A DNA stretch of 64,000 nucleotides from Xylographa opegraphella (Eukaryota), in NCBI GenBank assembly GCA_022813865.1, contig JALDZX010000010.1:124001-188000 (forward strand), written 5' to 3'. The position numbers were made by a program, and so were the translations under genes. The notes beneath the pieces were generated by a model, which was not told where the DNA came from, did not search any database, and was given only the letters and a program-made list of their open reading frames with translations. How positions within the stretch are numbered: position 1 is the first letter of the stretch; every line of letters begins with the position of its first letter. Of the stretch, positions 37,429-50,763 are shown in pieces.

Positions 37429-40400
37429 ATGTCTTCCGAAACAATTCCTAAAGACGGCGTCCGCATACTTCCGATACCACCGCCCCTTGAGTTTCCATTC
37501 CCGCGCACCAGTACCGAGGCTGCAGCTGCGCATTCTGATACCACTCCACGTACAGACTCTGGGTCGCAAAGTAAGGCTAGCAGCAACAGTCCCCTTCAGA
37601 GCCTTGACCGACCCCAAGCAAAAGAGTCTGGCGTATCAGGCGACACCAATACTCAAAGAAGATTTGCGAAAGAGAAAGTACCTCCGGGACCACGAGAGCC
37701 CGTATTGGGAGGATTCACAAGACAATATACAGGGAATTTTAAAGAAAGGCCACCCGTAAGGCAGACAGACTCGGTGCTAAAAACCTTGGGCAGACGGAAG
37801 GGCGAGGATATCCGGGATCTGCACAATACTCAACATTGGGACCCGGAATCTGATGATACAAGCTTATCCTCATCGTCTTCAGATGAGGAGGCACCCCAGG
37901 GCCCGTTGAAGAAGAAGACGACCTGGGTTACTCGCGACGCGGCGAAGAATATTTCTGGCAGGCGCCAATCCAAGCATAAATCGTACAACAAATTTAATGT
38001 TGGTAACGATGAGTTGAAAACTAAAGGAAGGGTGTCGAAGAGGGATGGCCGCCTCCAGATCAGTATAAACGAGATCAAAAACCAAGGATACTTGGCAAAA
38101 GTCTTGGGAGCTACCCTGAACAAGGTCAACTATGGTGGGCGAAACGGCAGCAACGACGACGAGCCTCTCTCACCTCTTCGGGAAGATGACGCCCCGCCGC
38201 TCTCTCGCACATCCACACAGTCAACTAGTGCTTCTGTGTATGACAAATACCCTGTACCAAAGCTCAACATTGTGATCATGGTTATCGGTAGCCGAGGAGA
38301 TATACAGCCATTTTTGAGACTCGGCAAGATCTTGAAGGAGGAGCATGGTCATCGTGTCAGAATAGCCACACATCCTGCTTTCAAAAAGTTTGTGGAACAG
38401 GACTCTGGATTGGAATTCTTTTCTGTGGGAGGTGATCCCGCCGAGATTATGGCTTTCATGGTCAAGAATCCCGGCCTGATACCTAAGACTGAAACTCTAA
38501 GAAGTGGAGAGATAGGTCGACGGCGGGACTCTATGTATGAAATGTTTCGCGGATTCTGGCGTGCCTGTATCAACGAGACAGACAATGAACCAAACCACGA
38601 AAATGTGGAGATGATGGCCGACAAACATCCATTTATTGCAGATGCTATTATAGCTAATCCGCCTTCATTCGCGCACGTCCATTGCGCTGAACGCTTGGGG
38701 GTTCCGCTGCATTTGATTTTTACCTTCCCCATGAGTCCCACTCAACAGTTCCCACATCCTTTGTGTAATATTAGAAGGACCAATGTTGATGCAAATTATG
38801 CCAATTTTGTGACCTACCCTCTTGTCGAAATGATGTAAGTTACTCCTTCGTGTCTGAAGATCCGCAGCTGATTCGCTATAGGATGTGGCAGGGGCTGGGC
38901 GACCTGGTCAACAAGTTCCGCAAATGGGACCTAGGCCTCGAACCTGTTTCAACCCTCTGGGCCCCTGGACAGCTGTTTCGCCTCAAAGTGCCATATACAT
39001 ATCTATGGTCTCCCGGTCTGGTTCCAAAACCTTCCGATTGGGGGCCTGAGATTGATATCACCGGCTTCGTCTTCCTAGATCTTGCGTCATCATTCAAACC
39101 ACCGGAGACACTGACCAAGTTCCTAGAAGCTGGCGATCCGCCCGTATATATAGGATTTGGGAGCATCGTCGTTGACGATCCGGACAAATTTACTGCACTA
39201 ATTTTCGAAGCCGTGGAAAAAACAGGTGTGAGAGCCCTCGTCAGTAAAGGTTGGGGCGGTCTTGGTGACGAGAACAATATTCCTGACAATGTCTACATGC
39301 TCGAGAACACACCCCATGACTGGCTTTTCCCACGGGTTAGTGCTGTGGTTCATCATGGTGGTGCAGGCACAACTGCGATTGGACTGAAGTGCGGCAAGCC
39401 TACCATGATTGTGCCATTCTTTGGTGACCAACCTTTCTGGGGTGCAATGATAGCGAAAGCTGGTGCTGGAGCCGAGCCTGTTCCATACAAACACTTGACG
39501 GCAGAAAAACTTGCTGAAGCGATTGAGACACTTCTTAGTCCAGAAGCGAAGGAAAACGCTGAGAACATCGCCCGTAAAATCGAAGCGGAGGGCGATGGGG
39601 CTATCAATGCAGTGAAGTCGTTTCACCGGAGTCTACCATTACGGGGCGACCGCTCTATGCGCTGTTCGATATTGCAAGCCAGAGTCGCAGTGTGGAACTT
39701 GCGGAGCACATACGTTAGGCTGTCAGCACTAGCCGCGGAAATTCTTGTACAAAAACGGCGGATCAAATGGAGCGACCTGCGTCTTGTGAGGCACTACGAA
39801 TGGAACGATTTCGAAGGTCCGGGCGAACCATTTTCGGGTGCTGGTGCGGCGTTCGCAACCAGTATGGGTAGTGCTGCTCAAGGGCTTGCTGGGACACCCT
39901 TTCGAATTGCTAAAACTATTAAGAAGCACAACTTACGTGGTAAGAATAAACTGCTCAAGCACAAGAAGAACTCCACTGCCAAAAAGAGTGAAAGCTCTAA
40001 AGTAATGCAAGGACGGGACACTCAGAACGTGGATCAAGATAAGAACCAAGATAAACTTTCTAATGGGGGCAGGCATGGTGTTGAAAGCCTTCTACCTGAC
40101 GCCAATGGAAATGCCGTTCGCAACGACATTGTGCGGACGTTAAGTGAGCCGAAAACAACTACAAACCACACCTCTGGAGCAGGGAATAGGAGCTTGAATC
40201 AGGATGACAGTTCTTCTGTGCTTTCGAAGGTGACCGAGGGGAGCGACGACAACTTAGCAGAAGATATCGCTAATGATACGGCTGTCGGTTTTGCCAAGAC
40301 AGGTGGTGCGCTTGTCAAAGGTATGGTTGTCCATTACATGAACGTAACAGCATTCGTAGGTTGCTGACATTAGTTGAAGCTCCGATGGATATCACGGTTG

Positions 40401-41347
40401 CTATCGCGCAAGGATTTCACAATGCACCACGTCTTTATGGAGATTCTACTGTACGAAGACCTACACGTATTACAGGATTCCAGTCAGGCCTCAAAGCCGC
40501 TCGAGAAGAATTTGCCTACGGCGTATACGATGGCGTCACTGGCCTCGTAAAGCATCCATATCAAGGAGCAAAGGAAGGCCCGCTCGGTCTGGTGAAAGGG
40601 GTGGGGAAAGGTGTCGGCGGTTTTGTGCTCAAGGACCTTGCAGCCATAATTGGTCCTTTTGGCTACACACTGAAGGGGCTCCATAAAGAAATGAGAAAAG
40701 GACGCCAACCGACAGCATTCATCATCGGTGCGCGCGTCATGCAAGGCCGGAAGGACTTTGCCGGGCTGAACGCCGAAGCACGAGCGAGAGAGATAGCCGA
40801 GGTCGAAAAAGGATGGCGAATTATCGCCGACGTCAAGAAGGAGGTCGAGGAGAAGAAGAACAATGGAATCAGGGGCCGCATCGCGCTATACCGAGAGCGT
40901 AACCGGTGGCAAAGACACGGTCTGTTTGAGAGCGTTGAAAGTGCCGGTAAGGCTCTGGAAGCTGAGAGATCGGGCAAGGATTTCGGAGAGGTTTTCGAAA
41001 AGCACAGGCGGGAGTTGAAGAAAAGCAAGGCGCCGCGCAAAAGCACAATGGGCCATAGCCTCAAGGCGGCAAATGGCACGGCAGCCAATGGGCACGCGGT
41101 GAATGGTGATGCGACGCAACAGCGCGACACAGAGCTCGCGGGCGAACACACCGGTACCGAGATAGGCGACAAAGCTACCGATACTGTTCCGCGGCCGGCA
41201 GAGGCGCTTGTGAACGCGAGCAAATCATTTCGGCAGCCGGCCTTTGACCATGGAGCAGTAGGCACTGGGAACATGGGCGACGGATCGCAGAGTTTGCAGG
41301 ATGCGCGCCTCCGCGACTTTACGAACCATGAGGAATCAGCTCGCTGA
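37429..41347 (+). CDS. GT1-family sterol 3-beta-glucosyltransferase-like protein (no PH/GRAM domains)
   Basis: Exons 37429-38834, 38882-40320, ~40380-41347. Motifs VIGSRGDIQPF, GHRVRIATH, IIANPPSFAHVHCAE, PVYIGFGSIV, PHDWLFPRVSAVVHHGGAGTT, PFFGDQPFWG. Confidence 0.92.
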
Positions 41348-41695
41348 TAAACATTTCATCGATGGAGTGGGGAAGTCGGTTTCTGTATATATCGAGGAAA
41401 CGAGAGCGGAGGGGAGAGGAAAGAAGAGTGTGTTCATATGCCGTACGGTGTGATTTGCTCTCCTTTTTTTGCGTTGAGAGCAACATTAGAGGTGGGGATT
41501 ATTGCGACTTTTGTTTCTGCGCACGAAGATACCACTTTTTGTTAGAGCTTGCCGGCTTGAGCGTTTCGCTGGAATGATACAACTTTTGCATGCAGGAGAA
41601 TAGACGTAATCGACTACACAGAATCAATACAACACCAATGTCGCACGAGCCGCGCGGTATTTTCTGCTTGCGTATGTTTACATACACTCGTGTTG

Positions 41696-41717
41696 TGGGG
41701 GGGTGGGGGGGGGGGGG
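41696..41717 (+). repeat. Poly-G tract (G-quadruplex-capable)
   Basis: TGGGGGGGTGGGGGGGGGGGGG between the convergent 3' ends of the GT1 gene and MRM1. Confidence 0.8.
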
Positions 41718-41777
41718 TATCTTAGACCTATGATACATATAGCTACATATAAATACACACGCTCTCTCTCCTCGTGC

Positions 41778-43892
41778 TCAAAACAGCGCCTGCTCATCTC
41801 TCGGCTCCTGCACGTCCGCTTGATGCACCACTTTAACACCACCACCGAGTTCCTCACGCTGTCTTTGCACATTTCGCACACCAGCCTCGGCTGGCGCTCT
41901 CAGAAATGCCTCGCAGAGCAACCCCGCCGCGACGCTTACATTCAAACTATCCACCCCTCCTGCCCGCCAGCTCGCTCCGATACTGACAGTCGCATCCGCC
42001 TTGCGCCGCAGCGCCCACCGCAGGCCCTCTCCCTCGCCGCCCAGCATCAATACGCAGGGGTGTGTGCGGGTAGGGCACAGCGCAGCCAGCGCGGGAAGAT
42101 CGTAGTGCGGGACCGGAGGAACGGGGGTCTCCTTTTCAGCGCGGGAAGAATCCTCGGACGAGCCGACCTGGTCGTTCGGTGCCACCGCGGCGTAGAACTT
42201 CCATCCCGCGGCTCTTGAGGCGTCGACGAAAGCGGCGGGGGTGCGGATTGATGTCAGGGGAAGGGATTCGGCCGCGCCGGCGGAGGCTTTCAGCGCGACG
42301 GGCGTGAGGGGCGCGGAGTGTCGGGCAGACAGGGCGACAGCGTCCACGCCGAGGAAGTGTGCTGAGCGCAGGATGGCGCCGAGGTTGCCGGGGTCGAGGA
42401 TGCCGTCGAGGAAGATGAGAAGCGGATACCGAGGGAAGGACGAGTGGTAGGGTATGTGGGGGTCCGTGCCGTTAATGGCGGCGTCTTCGCGGGATTGGTG
42501 GTCAAGCGCGAGCGCTAGGGGCGCGTTGGTGTGGGGAACGGGAAGGAGTGATACGACGGGGAGTTTGGGCAGTGGCGACGCTTCGAGGATGTAGCCGTTG
42601 TGAGGTCGTCCGCCAGACATCTTATCCATCAGGCGGAGGAAGTCGTGTTTCACGCGCACAAGCTGCACGTTACGTACAAGGGCAAGCTTTTGTACTCGAG
42701 CGTCGGTGGTGGCGGCTTCGCGGTGGGTGCCGGAGTAGATGTAGAGCTTGTAGAGCTTTCGAAGGTGGGAGGTGAGTGCTGCGAGTACGACGGAGGTACC
42801 GTAGAGGAATTCGGAGGCGGGGGTCGTGTAGGGGATCGAGAGGGGGCCATCTTTGGGGAGACTGAGGGTCGGAGGGTCCGGCTGTCGGAGATCAGGATCG
42901 AAGTCGTGGTTTTGCGAAGAGTAAGGAGAGAGTGGTCTGTAGTCGACCGCGCTTTGAGATTGAGACTTAGGGTTGCTGTCTTTTGAACTAGCGGAACCGA
43001 ATTTCAGCGCGCGCAGCTCTTTGCGGTTTTTGGGCTTGTCGGACTCGTCACCGTACTTCGGGCGTTCGGGCGCAGAAGACGTCCTGGAGGACCCATAGGA
43101 TTGGGATGAGGAGGATGCATCTCGGTGATCTGAGTACTCGCCACTGCCGTCTGCTCTACCTGAAGATACTCTGTCGCGAAGATGGAACGAAGCCTCTTTG
43201 TTGTCAGACATGTGAGTCCTATAAAGTGGTTTCTCGTGGCTGCTGTAGCGTTCAGGCCGCTCGGTGCGGTCCTTGAACTGCCTCGAGGATTTATAGGACT
43301 CGTCGTCCCTGCTGCTATATCGGTCTCCGCTCGCAACCCGATCGTCATTACGGTGCGAAGCAAAGTCCCGCCCACCCTTATATTTATTGTCAGACAAATC
43401 AGAAGTCCTTCTTCGTTCTGTACCAGGGTCCCGATCCCTACGATCACCACGGCGGGATTCGAAACTTTTGAGCGTGCTTGAGCCGGAAGAATCTCTGCGG
43501 TCATTTCTTTTTGACTTGCCAGTCTTACGTCCGCCTTCCAAATACCTTTTCTGTCTTGGGCTTAAACGTGCCTTCTTCAGAAGCGACGAGAGCTCCATAT
43601 CCTCAACGTCCTGCTTCTGCTGGTGGTTTGGCCGTCTGATCCTCTCAGTATTCTCTCTCCCAAACCTCGACGTGGAATCTCCATCATCTCGCTTTCCGAA
43701 GGCCGGCTTCTCCGTTGCTCCTCCCAATTGCGCATACTGGGATTTGTACGGCGCAGGGCTAGATCTCCTGATACCCCGAGCAATGGCACTATTAGTGGAC
43801 ACACTGCGGACTCCATATGAAGGTCGTCCAAGGAAGAACACTGCAGCTGAAAATTCGACGGCAATCACTGTCCTATGGTACGCTTTCAGCAT
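41778..43892 (-). CDS. MRM1: Mitochondrial 21S rRNA 2'-O-methyltransferase (SpoU family)
   Basis: Single exon. Motifs SIPYTTPASEFLYG, RPHNGYILEASPL, LDGILDPGNLGAILRSAHFLG, KASAGAAE, GGEGEGL, DSLNVSVAAG; long R/D/S-rich N-terminus. Confidence 0.92.
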   Translation of the reverse strand: MLKAYHRTVIAVEFSAAVFFLGRPSYGVRSVSTNSAIARGIRRSSPAPYKSQYAQLGGATEKPAFGKRDDGDSTSRFGRENTERIRRPNHQQKQDVEDMELSSLLKKARLSPRQKRYLEGGRKTGKSKRNDRRDSSGSSTLKSFESRRGDRRDRDPGTERRRTSDLSDNKYKGGRDFASHRNDDRVASGDRYSSRDDESYKSSRQFKDRTERPERYSSHEKPLYRTHMSDNKEASFHLRDRVSSGRADGSGEYSDHRDASSSSQSYGSSRTSSAPERPKYGDESDKPKNRKELRALKFGSASSKDSNPKSQSQSAVDYRPLSPYSSQNHDFDPDLRQPDPPTLSLPKDGPLSIPYTTPASEFLYGTSVVLAALTSHLRKLYKLYIYSGTHREAATTDARVQKLALVRNVQLVRVKHDFLRLMDKMSGGRPHNGYILEASPLPKLPVVSLLPVPHTNAPLALALDHQSREDAAINGTDPHIPYHSSFPRYPLLIFLDGILDPGNLGAILRSAHFLGVDAVALSARHSAPLTPVALKASAGAAESLPLTSIRTPAAFVDASRAAGWKFYAAVAPNDQVGSSEDSSRAEKETPVPPVPHYDLPALAALCPTRTHPCVLMLGGEGEGLRWALRRKADATVSIGASWRAGGVDSLNVSVAAGLLCEAFLRAPAEAGVRNVQRQREELGGGVKVVHQADVQEPRDEQALF

Positions 43893-44404
43893 CACCTCAA
43901 CGGACCCTGGAGACAAGCAGAGGGCATTTTGCTGCTGCTCCTGCACTTTTCCACGAAATGATGAATTTTTTTGGTATAATTATGCCGATCGACAATACAA
44001 ATTCAAAAACACGCTAGTGGGAAGTGTCTGGGATGCCAGGATCCAGCATCACGTCTCCCTGAAGTCCAATTTTTTGAACATCACATCTAGCGCGCTGGAG
44101 GTCTCTCCCACGCGTTTGCTTGCAATGGAATGTGTCCAAAGTGATTTACATCGGGTAGGTACAGTCTATCTCCGCCGAATGCTTCAATCTTACCATGCCG
44201 TCCTTGCAGAAGCGCTCGCTCCTTATCCTATTCGATAAGAATTAAGCTAATCGCCTCTTGCCTATAGCACTCAAGCATGAGCATATGAACGGAATCGAAC
44301 TGAAGAGCTGCTCTGTATTCTCGAAGATAGCGCTGTAAAGTTTTCTCTGTATTGGGGGGTACTACTATCCGCCATCTTTGCCTGGGAGAAGCAGGAAATT
44401 TAAG

Positions 44405-47400
44405 ATGGAAATGGACGAAAAAGTCGATGACTACCATCGCGATTCCTCTGCGGAGCCTATGGAACTCGTACCGGCTACGACAGATCTTCCGGGTGTCAAA
44501 AATGCCATTGACGCGGTAGCAGAAGGTATCACGCTGCGTGGGGATGTTGAATCACTTGACCGCACTCCCGCCGGCAAAGGCAACGTCGGTGTCACAATTC
44601 GGGCTGATGGCACCCAAGGTCCTGACAAAGCACAATCTCCTTTCATCAATTCAAGCCGCGAAGCATCTGCAAGCTCCACCACAACTTTTGCAGCGGACAT
44701 GGACTTTGGGAGAGCCGGCTTTGCTGTCTTGATGCATTCCGTCAGTAGGCGGTGGAAATACAAGACCTACGATGTTGATCCGCGAGTGAAACGTGTTATC
44801 GAGGAGATACAGGACGCAACACGTCTCAGCTACAATGTGAAAACCCTTGACGGGCGAACGTCTTTGGTGAGTTCACTCAATATTTTAATGACATCAAGCG
44901 GTGTGGTCCGTCATCACTGTGTTATCTTCAAGACAAGATCCTGTGACGTAGCTTAACTGCTTCTCTTAACTATCAAACACGAATCACCTATACGTCCCAT
45001 AAATTTCACCAATGTTTTCCTTCGTCCAAAATCCTAGGGCTTGAACCCGCTTCATGAACTCAATTGCACGTGATCTTCAGCCGAAAACTTTACACGTTAT
45101 ACTAATGTTTCTACATATCTTAGATCACACTTGAACAGTTACGACAGCTTCCGGGTGGTTCTCGTGCACTAAATGAGTACGAAAACCAGACATCAGACCA
45201 GTCAAGCTCTTCAGGTTCTTCTGCTTCAGGAACAATCATGGTGTCTGATAGAGCAACAAAATCGAGGAGACAAAGGCAAGTTGGTTTCGTCGATATCTCT
45301 CAAATTGATATCACTGATGAAGATGAGCTGAACGACACTGGGAATAAAAAATCTGGGTCAACACGTAAAAAGCGCTTACCAAGTGTTGCAAAGCTGCCTC
45401 CTCGAAGAGGCTTATACATCCGGACATCGAAAGCCGAGTCTATATCGTCTTCTGATTTATCGGATGATGGAGTACGCAGTGATGCTTCGAGCAGTGGTGA
45501 CAGCTACGCTCGCTTAGGGAAACGTAAGAGAGCCCAGTACCGTACTACCGCCGTCACGAGGCGATCTGAGAGGAGTGGTCGGGTTTCAGGCAGTATGCGT
45601 GAGCGTGGTGAGGACGATATTCCAGATTTCAATACCCGCACTTCTAGCAAGGGTGCTCCCAAAGTCACTGGTGCAAAGGAGCACTTTGTATCATTGTCCA
45701 AAACTGATGAGTTCAGGCTCCGTCATTGTCAATCCTGTGACACTTGCGGTGATTATGGAGACAGTGAAGTGAAAGGTCAGCTGGTATTCTGCCAAGGATG
45801 TACCGTTTCGTATCATCAGACATGTCTTGGCCCTCGGAACGGTCGGGAACATCTCGTTACCAAGGTTGGCCACAAGGATTTTGTGCTCCAGTGCCGTAGG
45901 TGCATTGAGCTTGCGAGAAAAAAAGATTCATCAGCACCACTTCAAGGACATTGTCAGGTATGCCACGAGCCGGGGAAATCTTGTCTCCCTTTTCGTGATC
46001 GGAAGACAGCGAAGGAAGAGCAGCGAGAGAGGGAGGACAACTCCGGAGAAGATCCGATAACATCGATCTCACCAGATCGAATCCAGAACATCGCAACTCT
46101 TCTTTTCCGCTGTACAGGTTGCTACCAAGCATTTCATATGCATCATCTTCCCGCGAAGAACGAAGTGAAGATCTTAGATGGAGCTGACGAGGACCATATT
46201 GCAGCTGAGCGCTTTAGTGAATACTGCAGAAACTGGACTTGTTATGATTGTGCCACGGCGCCAGGGGAGATTGATGCATTGGTAGCTTGGCGACCACTCG
46301 ACATCGAGTCCTATATTTCAGGGCAAACCACAGAACAGGTCGCGGAAGACGACAAAGAATATCTCATTAAATGGAAAAAGATGTCCTATTACAAGGTTGT
46401 CTGGAAACGTGGCGGTTGGGTTTGGGGAATTACTCATCCGGCAATGAGAAAGGCATTTGCACGTCAAAATAACGAGAACAACCTGCCGAAGATGCGAACC
46501 GAGGATGCCGTTCCGGAGGAGTATCTGCGTGTGGATATCGTCTTCGAGGTCAAATACAACAGCGTGGTCAGCACTCATACTGAACAGATCGAGCTTGCTC
46601 GTGTGAAAGAAGTCGAGAAAGCCAAAGTCAAATTCAAGGGCTTGGGTTACGAGGACGTCGTATGGGAAGAGCCACCAGATCCAGCAGATGGTGAGAGGTG
46701 GGATGACTGGAAAATGGCTTACGAGGACTGGGTTCAGGGACACTATGTCAAGTTGCCCAATCAACCCAAGCTCAAAGCACATATCGCAAAGATCAAGGCC
46801 CAGACATTTGAATCAAAGATCATGATGAAACAACAGCCCAAGACACTGACCGGAGGCGAGCTCATGGACTATCAGTTGGAAGGCATGAACTGGTTGTTGT
46901 ATCAATGGCATAGTGGACACAATGCAATCCTCGCAGATGAAATGGGTCTGGGCAAAACAATCCAGGTCATAGCTTTTCTCTCCACATTGCAGAAGGAGTA
47001 CAAATGCTGGCCTTTCCTTGTAGTGGTTCCCAACTCAACCTGTGCGAATTGGAGACGAGAAATCAAACATTGGGCACCGTCCCTTCGAGTCGTGACATAT
47101 TTTGGATCATCCGAAGCTCGGAAGCTAGCACATCAATTCGAACTTTTCCCGGAATCAAATAAAGAACTTGCTTGCCATGTTGTCGTCACTTCTTACGATG
47201 CTGCTCAGGATGTGAATGTTCAGACTGTGCTCAGACGTATTCCCTGGGCAGGGTTGATTGTCGACGAAGGACAGCGGCTTAAAAACGATAAGAACATCCT
47301 CTATAGCGCATTAACGTCACTCAAAGTGCCGTTCAAGGTCCTTCTTACCGGTACGCCACTACAAAACAACCAGCGAGAATTGTTCAATCTACTACAATTC

Positions 47401-49608
47401 CTCGACAGCTCCATCAACGCTGAAGCACTTGAGGAACAGTATGCCGTCATTTCGAAAGATAATGTTGCCGAATTACATGAGCTCCTACGACCGTTCTTCT
47501 TGAGGCGCACGAAAGCTCAGGTGCTAAAGTTCCTACCGCCAATGGCTCAGATTATCGTCCCTGTGACAGCGAGTGCACTTCAGAAGGAGTTGTACAAATC
47601 AATTTTAGCGAAAAATCCTGATCTGCTTCGATCCATAATTGGTGGTGATAGAAAGGCTTCTGTTAAAGGGCTGCGAAATCTGCTCATGCAACTTCGCAAA
47701 TGCTTGTGTCATCCTTTTGTGTACAACATGGAGATCGAGGAACGAACTGCTAACCATATCATGTCTCATCGCAGGCTCGTTGAAGCCTCGTCAAAATTGC
47801 AGCTACTTGAGATTATGTTACCGAAACTGCACCAACGTGGTCACCGAGTTCTGATCTTCAGTCAATTTTTAGACATGATGACAATTGTCGAAGACTTTTT
47901 GGACGGACTGGGCCTCTTGCACCAACGATTGGATGGGACTATGAGCAGTCTTGAGAAGCAAAAGCGTATTGACGAATTCAATGCACCTGACTCGGCTCTC
48001 TTTGTGTTCATCTTATCGACAAGAGCTGGTGGTGTAGGCATCAATCTAGCCACAGCCGACACTGTAATTATTCTTGATCCGGATTTCAATCCTCATCAAG
48101 ACATCCAGGCAATCTCACGTGCTCACAGAATCGGGCAGAAGAAAAAGGTGCTAATCTTTCAATTAATGACTCGTGGAACAGCGGAAGAGAAGATTATGCA
48201 GATTGGAAAGAAGAAGATGGCTTTAGACCATGTACTCATTGAACAAATGGACGCAGATGACGCGGACAATAATGATCTAGAATCCGTGCTGCGCTTTGGT
48301 GCCGAAGCGTTATTCAAGGATGATAGTACACAAGATATTCATTACGATCCATCTTCTGTTGATCAGCTGCTTGACCGCAGCCAAATTGAAGATACCAAGA
48401 CAGGAAACGATAATTCTGCTGAATCCCAATTCAGTTTCGCGCGCGTATGGGCTAACGAGACTGGCACTATGGTTGACAAGCTTGGGACCTCAGATGACGA
48501 GGTGAAAACCTCGGATCCATCGTTATGGGATAAAATTCTACAAGAGCGCAAGCTTCAAGCGGAGAAGGAAGCTTTACAGCGAGCAGAGAACCTGGGTCGG
48601 GGGAAGCGCCAACGTCATGTAAGTCAACTTCAAAGGTATTTCTAGGCAATCTGCTGACTCATCCAGGCTATCATTGACTACACGAAGCAAACTACAACAG
48701 AAGGAGATGTTCGCGAGTCGCAGGGTAAATACGTCGAGCGTGAGGATAGTGATACAGATTTCCAATCTCGTGGTGATAGCGATGGCGAAGACTCTGCAGA
48801 CAATGTTGAACAGATCAATTTGAATGAACTTCATTCACCTGAAGATCGTCCCTCAAAAAGTGTCTTTCTTTCAAAAGACTCTCCACTACCAAAAGGTTAC
48901 TATCTCTAGTTTTCCTTATCAATTGCGCCCTTATATTCATGAACCACCGCTAACCTTCAATTTTCAGCTGGACATTTTCGTCGTGCACATATCACCACCG
49001 TTCCAACGCCCGTCCCTGTTAAGGATCGACTGCCTTGTCTCGCTTGCAACGATGCTCATGGTAGTCATCCAGTCGGCTACTGTCCTCTCAAGATTGCCGG
49101 CGTCGAATATTGCAATCTCTGCGGCCTATCACACTACGGCGTTGGACGTTCGTGCCCTCACATCAATAGCGAAACCCAGACCAGCTTGATGCTTCGCGAT
49201 CTCTGCAGCAGCCCTGAATCCCGAGACCTTGTCGAGCAAGCAAGAAAATATCTGCGAGGCGTCAAAGCAGATCTTGTGAATCGTAAAAGGAAGGAGGAAG
49301 CTGCGAGGACCAGAAATATAGGACTGACAAATCAAGGCCAATCACACGCAATGTCGAATGGAGCTGGCGAGAGCTTTCACCATTATTTTCCAACTGATCC
49401 GGCTCATAGTGTTCACGAAAATGCTTTTCAAGGCAGAAACGGGTCATCTCTGGTCGTCTCACAGTCGCCAGCCGTTGGTGACCAGTATGCTAATCCGCAT
49501 CCACATGCAATTTCTGGTCTTGCCGCCAATGGTGTTGGGACCGGCAATACGGTAGCACGCTCATTCTCCTCATTTAACAATCCTCCCACTTCAACTCGGA
49601 CTTATTAA
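44405..49608 (+). CDS. mit1: CHD/Mi-2-type chromatin remodeler, S. pombe Mit1 (SHREC)-like
   Basis: Exons 44405-44866, 45124-48618, 48667-~48895, 48968-49608. PHD fingers (CQGCTVSYHQTCLG), chromo-like EYLIKW, SNF2 motifs ILADEMGLGKT, IVDEGQRLKN, LTGTPLQNN, LSTRAGGVGINL, SRAHRIGQ; C-terminal CPLKIAGVEYCNLCGLSHYG..CPH zinc finger. Confidence 0.85.
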
Positions 49609-50763
49609 ATGCTAACCCTAGACGTCTGTTTGAATCTCTGGGGTAGTTTACGTCATTGGCAAGAAGATTCATAGCTGGCAGGTGTCAAATTGGCCAATAC
49701 CCGCTAGCTATTGCTTATTCATGCAGAGTTGTTCTTCTTCTACTGCTTCTTGTTCTTAGTAGACACGACTTGCATTTGTTATCCCGCAGACACTTCCACG
49801 GAAGTCGGGAAGCCAAGCGAGGAAGTCTTTTCTTTGCTATCTTGCATTGCATAGTTATTTCAGCTTCACAAAGGTGCCAGGCGATTGATCCATACAATTT
49901 GTTTAATAGCATACTTAGATACCCCCTTACCAGTGACACTGGAAGGACAAAAGCAGATGACGGAACAAAGCTATTGAGCTCCACCAAACCTCATTGATTC
50001 AATGCATCACTCGATACTCCAAGCACACTCATAGACACTACTTCCATGCTGCGTCCCAACTCACTTCACACCCACCAGCTCTGCTAGTCCTCATTAACAA
50101 GCTCTACGAGTGACCCAATGCCACCTCACTATTTATAGCAGTGAGGCTCGTTTCCATACCGACAATGCTTCCCCCACAGCTCCATGCCCAAGAGGTGTTC
50201 ATATCCTAAACCAACGCAAGCCCTGAGCCCTCTGTCAATTCACCCCCTGCACCATGGTGGATACCTATATAAGCCCTAGGAGCCTTGTTTGATGCTGCTG
50301 TATGTAGAATCGGAGAACGTATGGGTAGCTCTTGAAAGCCGAGCGCACCAGAACTACATAAGAAGACCGACAATATTAATCGCAAGAGGAATCAGACGAT
50401 TTAGACATGACCGTAACCCCAGAAGTAGATAGCCGTGGTGAACGAGGCAGAAAAGCGTAAACCTACCACTCAAGTTCATCCCTACCGGACTTTTTTTGGG
50501 TTGTATACAGCCGTAGAATAGGACCACAACGCACAGGAGAGCCTTGAAATCAGTGCGGAGGCCCAAGCAGCCGCATCGGGTCGAAGCAATCGCCTCAGTC
50601 GACCATACAGCAGATCTCAGGGTCCATAAAAAAACGACACCAACTTCTAAAATCCCACACAACCCAACCCCACAACTCGGTCCGTGCACCTCCCGCAAAT
50701 AAAACCCCTCCACTCCACCCCTCCACTCTACCCCCCCCCCTCCCATCCCCTTCCTCCCAAACA

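Noticed and set aside
26190..44238. Long antisense ORFs (e.g. 26190-26957, 40663-41274, 43387-44238)
   Set aside because: They are shadows of real genes on the opposite strand, with no independent motifs.
49611..49620. CTAACCCTA, similar to a telomere repeat or telomerase template
   Set aside because: It is a single 1.5-unit match right after the Mit1 stop, with no other telomerase RNA elements recognised.
50266..50500. TATATAA box and T7 run suggesting an snRNA or other ncRNA upstream of ALG13
   Set aside because: No U1/U2/U4/U5/U6, U3, SRP or RNase P/MRP signature was recognised; an Rfam scan would be needed.
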